From Candidatus Buchananbacteria bacterium (GTDB lineage: Bacteria > Patescibacteriota > Patescibacteriia > 2-01-FULL-39-33), in NCBI GenBank assembly GCA_903863425.1, contig CAIPBY010000012.1, positions 1 to 38,539 on the forward strand: DNA of 38,539 bases. Reading direction: 5' to 3'. The first letter of the stretch is position 1, and the number at the start of each line of letters is the position of its first letter. The notes beneath the pieces were generated by a model. The model saw only the letters and a list, made by a program, of their open reading frames with translations, had not been told where the DNA came from and searched no databases. A program made the position numbers and the translations under genes. Below are positions 37,491 to 38,539 of this stretch, piece after piece.

Positions 37491-37613
37491 AATTTTCAAT
37501 TTATAATTTTCAATTTTCAAACAATGATTAAATTTTCAATTATCAATTTTTAAATCTTGAAAATTGATTCATTGAAAATTGTTTGATAATTGGAAATTGA
37601 AAATTTGTAAATT
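37491..37613 (+). repeat. TTTTCAAT/ATTGAAAA-family fold-back element (secY-adk)
   Basis: Left arm aattttcaatttataattttcaattttcaaacaat mirrors right arm attgtttgataattggaaattgaaaatttgtaaatt. Confidence 0.8.
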
Positions 37614-37623
37614 AATTACTATT

Positions 37624-38301
37624 ATGAATAAGAACGAAAAACCATTTGAGATTATTGTGCTCGGACCGCCTCTCTCTGGCAAAGGAACTCAGACAGAGCT
37701 AGTTGCCAAGACTTTTGATATACCACATATTTCCACTGGACCAATACTTCACACCATTAAATCCGACGTTTCTAATCCACTATCCTCCGAGGTTATGGGG
37801 TATATGGATAAGGGTCAATTAGTGCCTACTGAATTAGTAAATCGTCTAGTGGCTGATAGAATTAAGCAGGCAGATTGTAAGTTTGGCTATGCTATGGACG
37901 GCTTTCCTCGAACCTTGGAACAAGCTCAGTTTATGGATGTCAGTGCTGATGTGGATTATGTTTTCTCGATAAAAATTTCCGACACCACTATTATTGAGAG
38001 AATGTCCGGACGACGGGTTTGCAAAAATGGCCATACTTGGCACATGAAATATTCCCCACCGAAGGTTGAGGGAATTTGCGATGATTGCGGAGAACAATTA
38101 TTCCAAAGAGATGATGACAAGGAAGAGACTGTAAAAGCTAGATTGGAGATTTATCATCGTGAGACGGATGCTATTATTAAATTTTATACAGATAAAGGAA
38201 TGCTAATTGAAATAGATGGTGAGACTCACATTGAGGGAGTGTTTCAGCAGATAGTGAAGAAAATGGTGGTTGATTTGAGAGGGAAGATTGGGTGGAAGTA
38301 G
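37624..38301 (+). CDS. adk: Adenylate kinase
   Basis: GPPLSGKGTQ, HISTG, DGFPRT, QRDDD; start reassigned to ATG 37624. Confidence 0.96.
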   Translation: MNKNEKPFEIIVLGPPLSGKGTQTELVAKTFDIPHISTGPILHTIKSDVSNPLSSEVMGYMDKGQLVPTELVNRLVADRIKQADCKFGYAMDGFPRTLEQAQFMDVSADVDYVFSIKISDTTIIERMSGRRVCKNGHTWHMKYSPPKVEGICDDCGEQLFQRDDDKEETVKARLEIYHRETDAIIKFYTDKGMLIEIDGETHIEGVFQQIVKKMVVDLRGKIGWK

Positions 38302-38309
38302 AAATTATA

Positions 38310-38346
38310 AGAGCGTCGCGATGTAATATCGCGACGTTCTTTTTTT
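38310..38346 (+). terminator. Intrinsic terminator after adk
   Basis: AGAGCGTCGCGAT-gtaat-ATCGCGACGTTCT followed by a T run. Confidence 0.8.
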
Positions 38347-38348
38347 CC

Positions 38349-38376
38349 GTCATCCCGGGCTTGACCCAGGATCCAG
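38349..38376. repeat. Short REP-like palindrome
   Basis: GTCATCCCGGGCTTGACCCAGGATCCAG (ATCC-CGGG..CCCA-GGAT stem). Confidence 0.55.
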
Positions 38377-38403
38377 GTTCTTTATTATTAATTTGTTTTT
38401 ACC

Positions 38404-38539
38404 TTTTCTTTTTCTAGGAAAAGAAAAAGCTAACAAAAAGAAAAAGTCGCTCGCTGTCAAAAATCATGGCTAGATTTTATGCTTCACTCCCGAAAATTTT
38501 ACTTACGCATGATCGTAAAATTTTCTGGTCGTTCTCGCA
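38404..38539 (+). repeat. Large structured element C (truncated by window end), related to element A
   Basis: Near-perfect palindrome 38404-38427; CAAAAATCATGGCTAGATTTT..GCTTCACT vs element A CAAAATCATGGCCAAATTTT..GCGCTCACT; GAAAATTTTAC/GTAAAATTTTC hairpin. Confidence 0.6.

Overview
AT-rich bacterial chromosome segment, most likely Patescibacteria/CPR (Parcubacteria-like). This is inferred from the missing rpmD/L30 between rpsE and rplO, the mostly SD-less starts and the split comEC; prfB with a UGA frameshift site indicates genetic code 11. Gene order: two D-rich (TSP3-like) membrane proteins, ybeY, ftsA-X-ftsZ, an intein-containing class III ribonucleotide reductase locus, frameshifted prfB, split comEC, a receiver protein, an Adk-like kinase, rpmB, an M50 protease, then the str/S10/spc cluster through secY-adk. 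Highlights: (1) NrdD lacks its glycyl-radical loop, which is encoded by a separate 51-aa ORF (9856-10011) missing from the ORF track. (2) Eight intergenic elements built from AAGTTAT/ATAACTT-type units (seven full GTT...AAC fold-backs, one 3' arm only) mostly start at a stop codon, and six of the eight end exactly 8 nt before the next ATG; two sister repeat families also occur. (3) Two counter-oriented orphan genes share a promoter/leader/SD/bulged-hairpin design. (4) A nested palindromic element is inserted in frame in comEC. (5) Several candidate structured leaders or attenuators occur (nrdD, rpsL, tuf, rplC). All structures were paired by eye; no searches were run.
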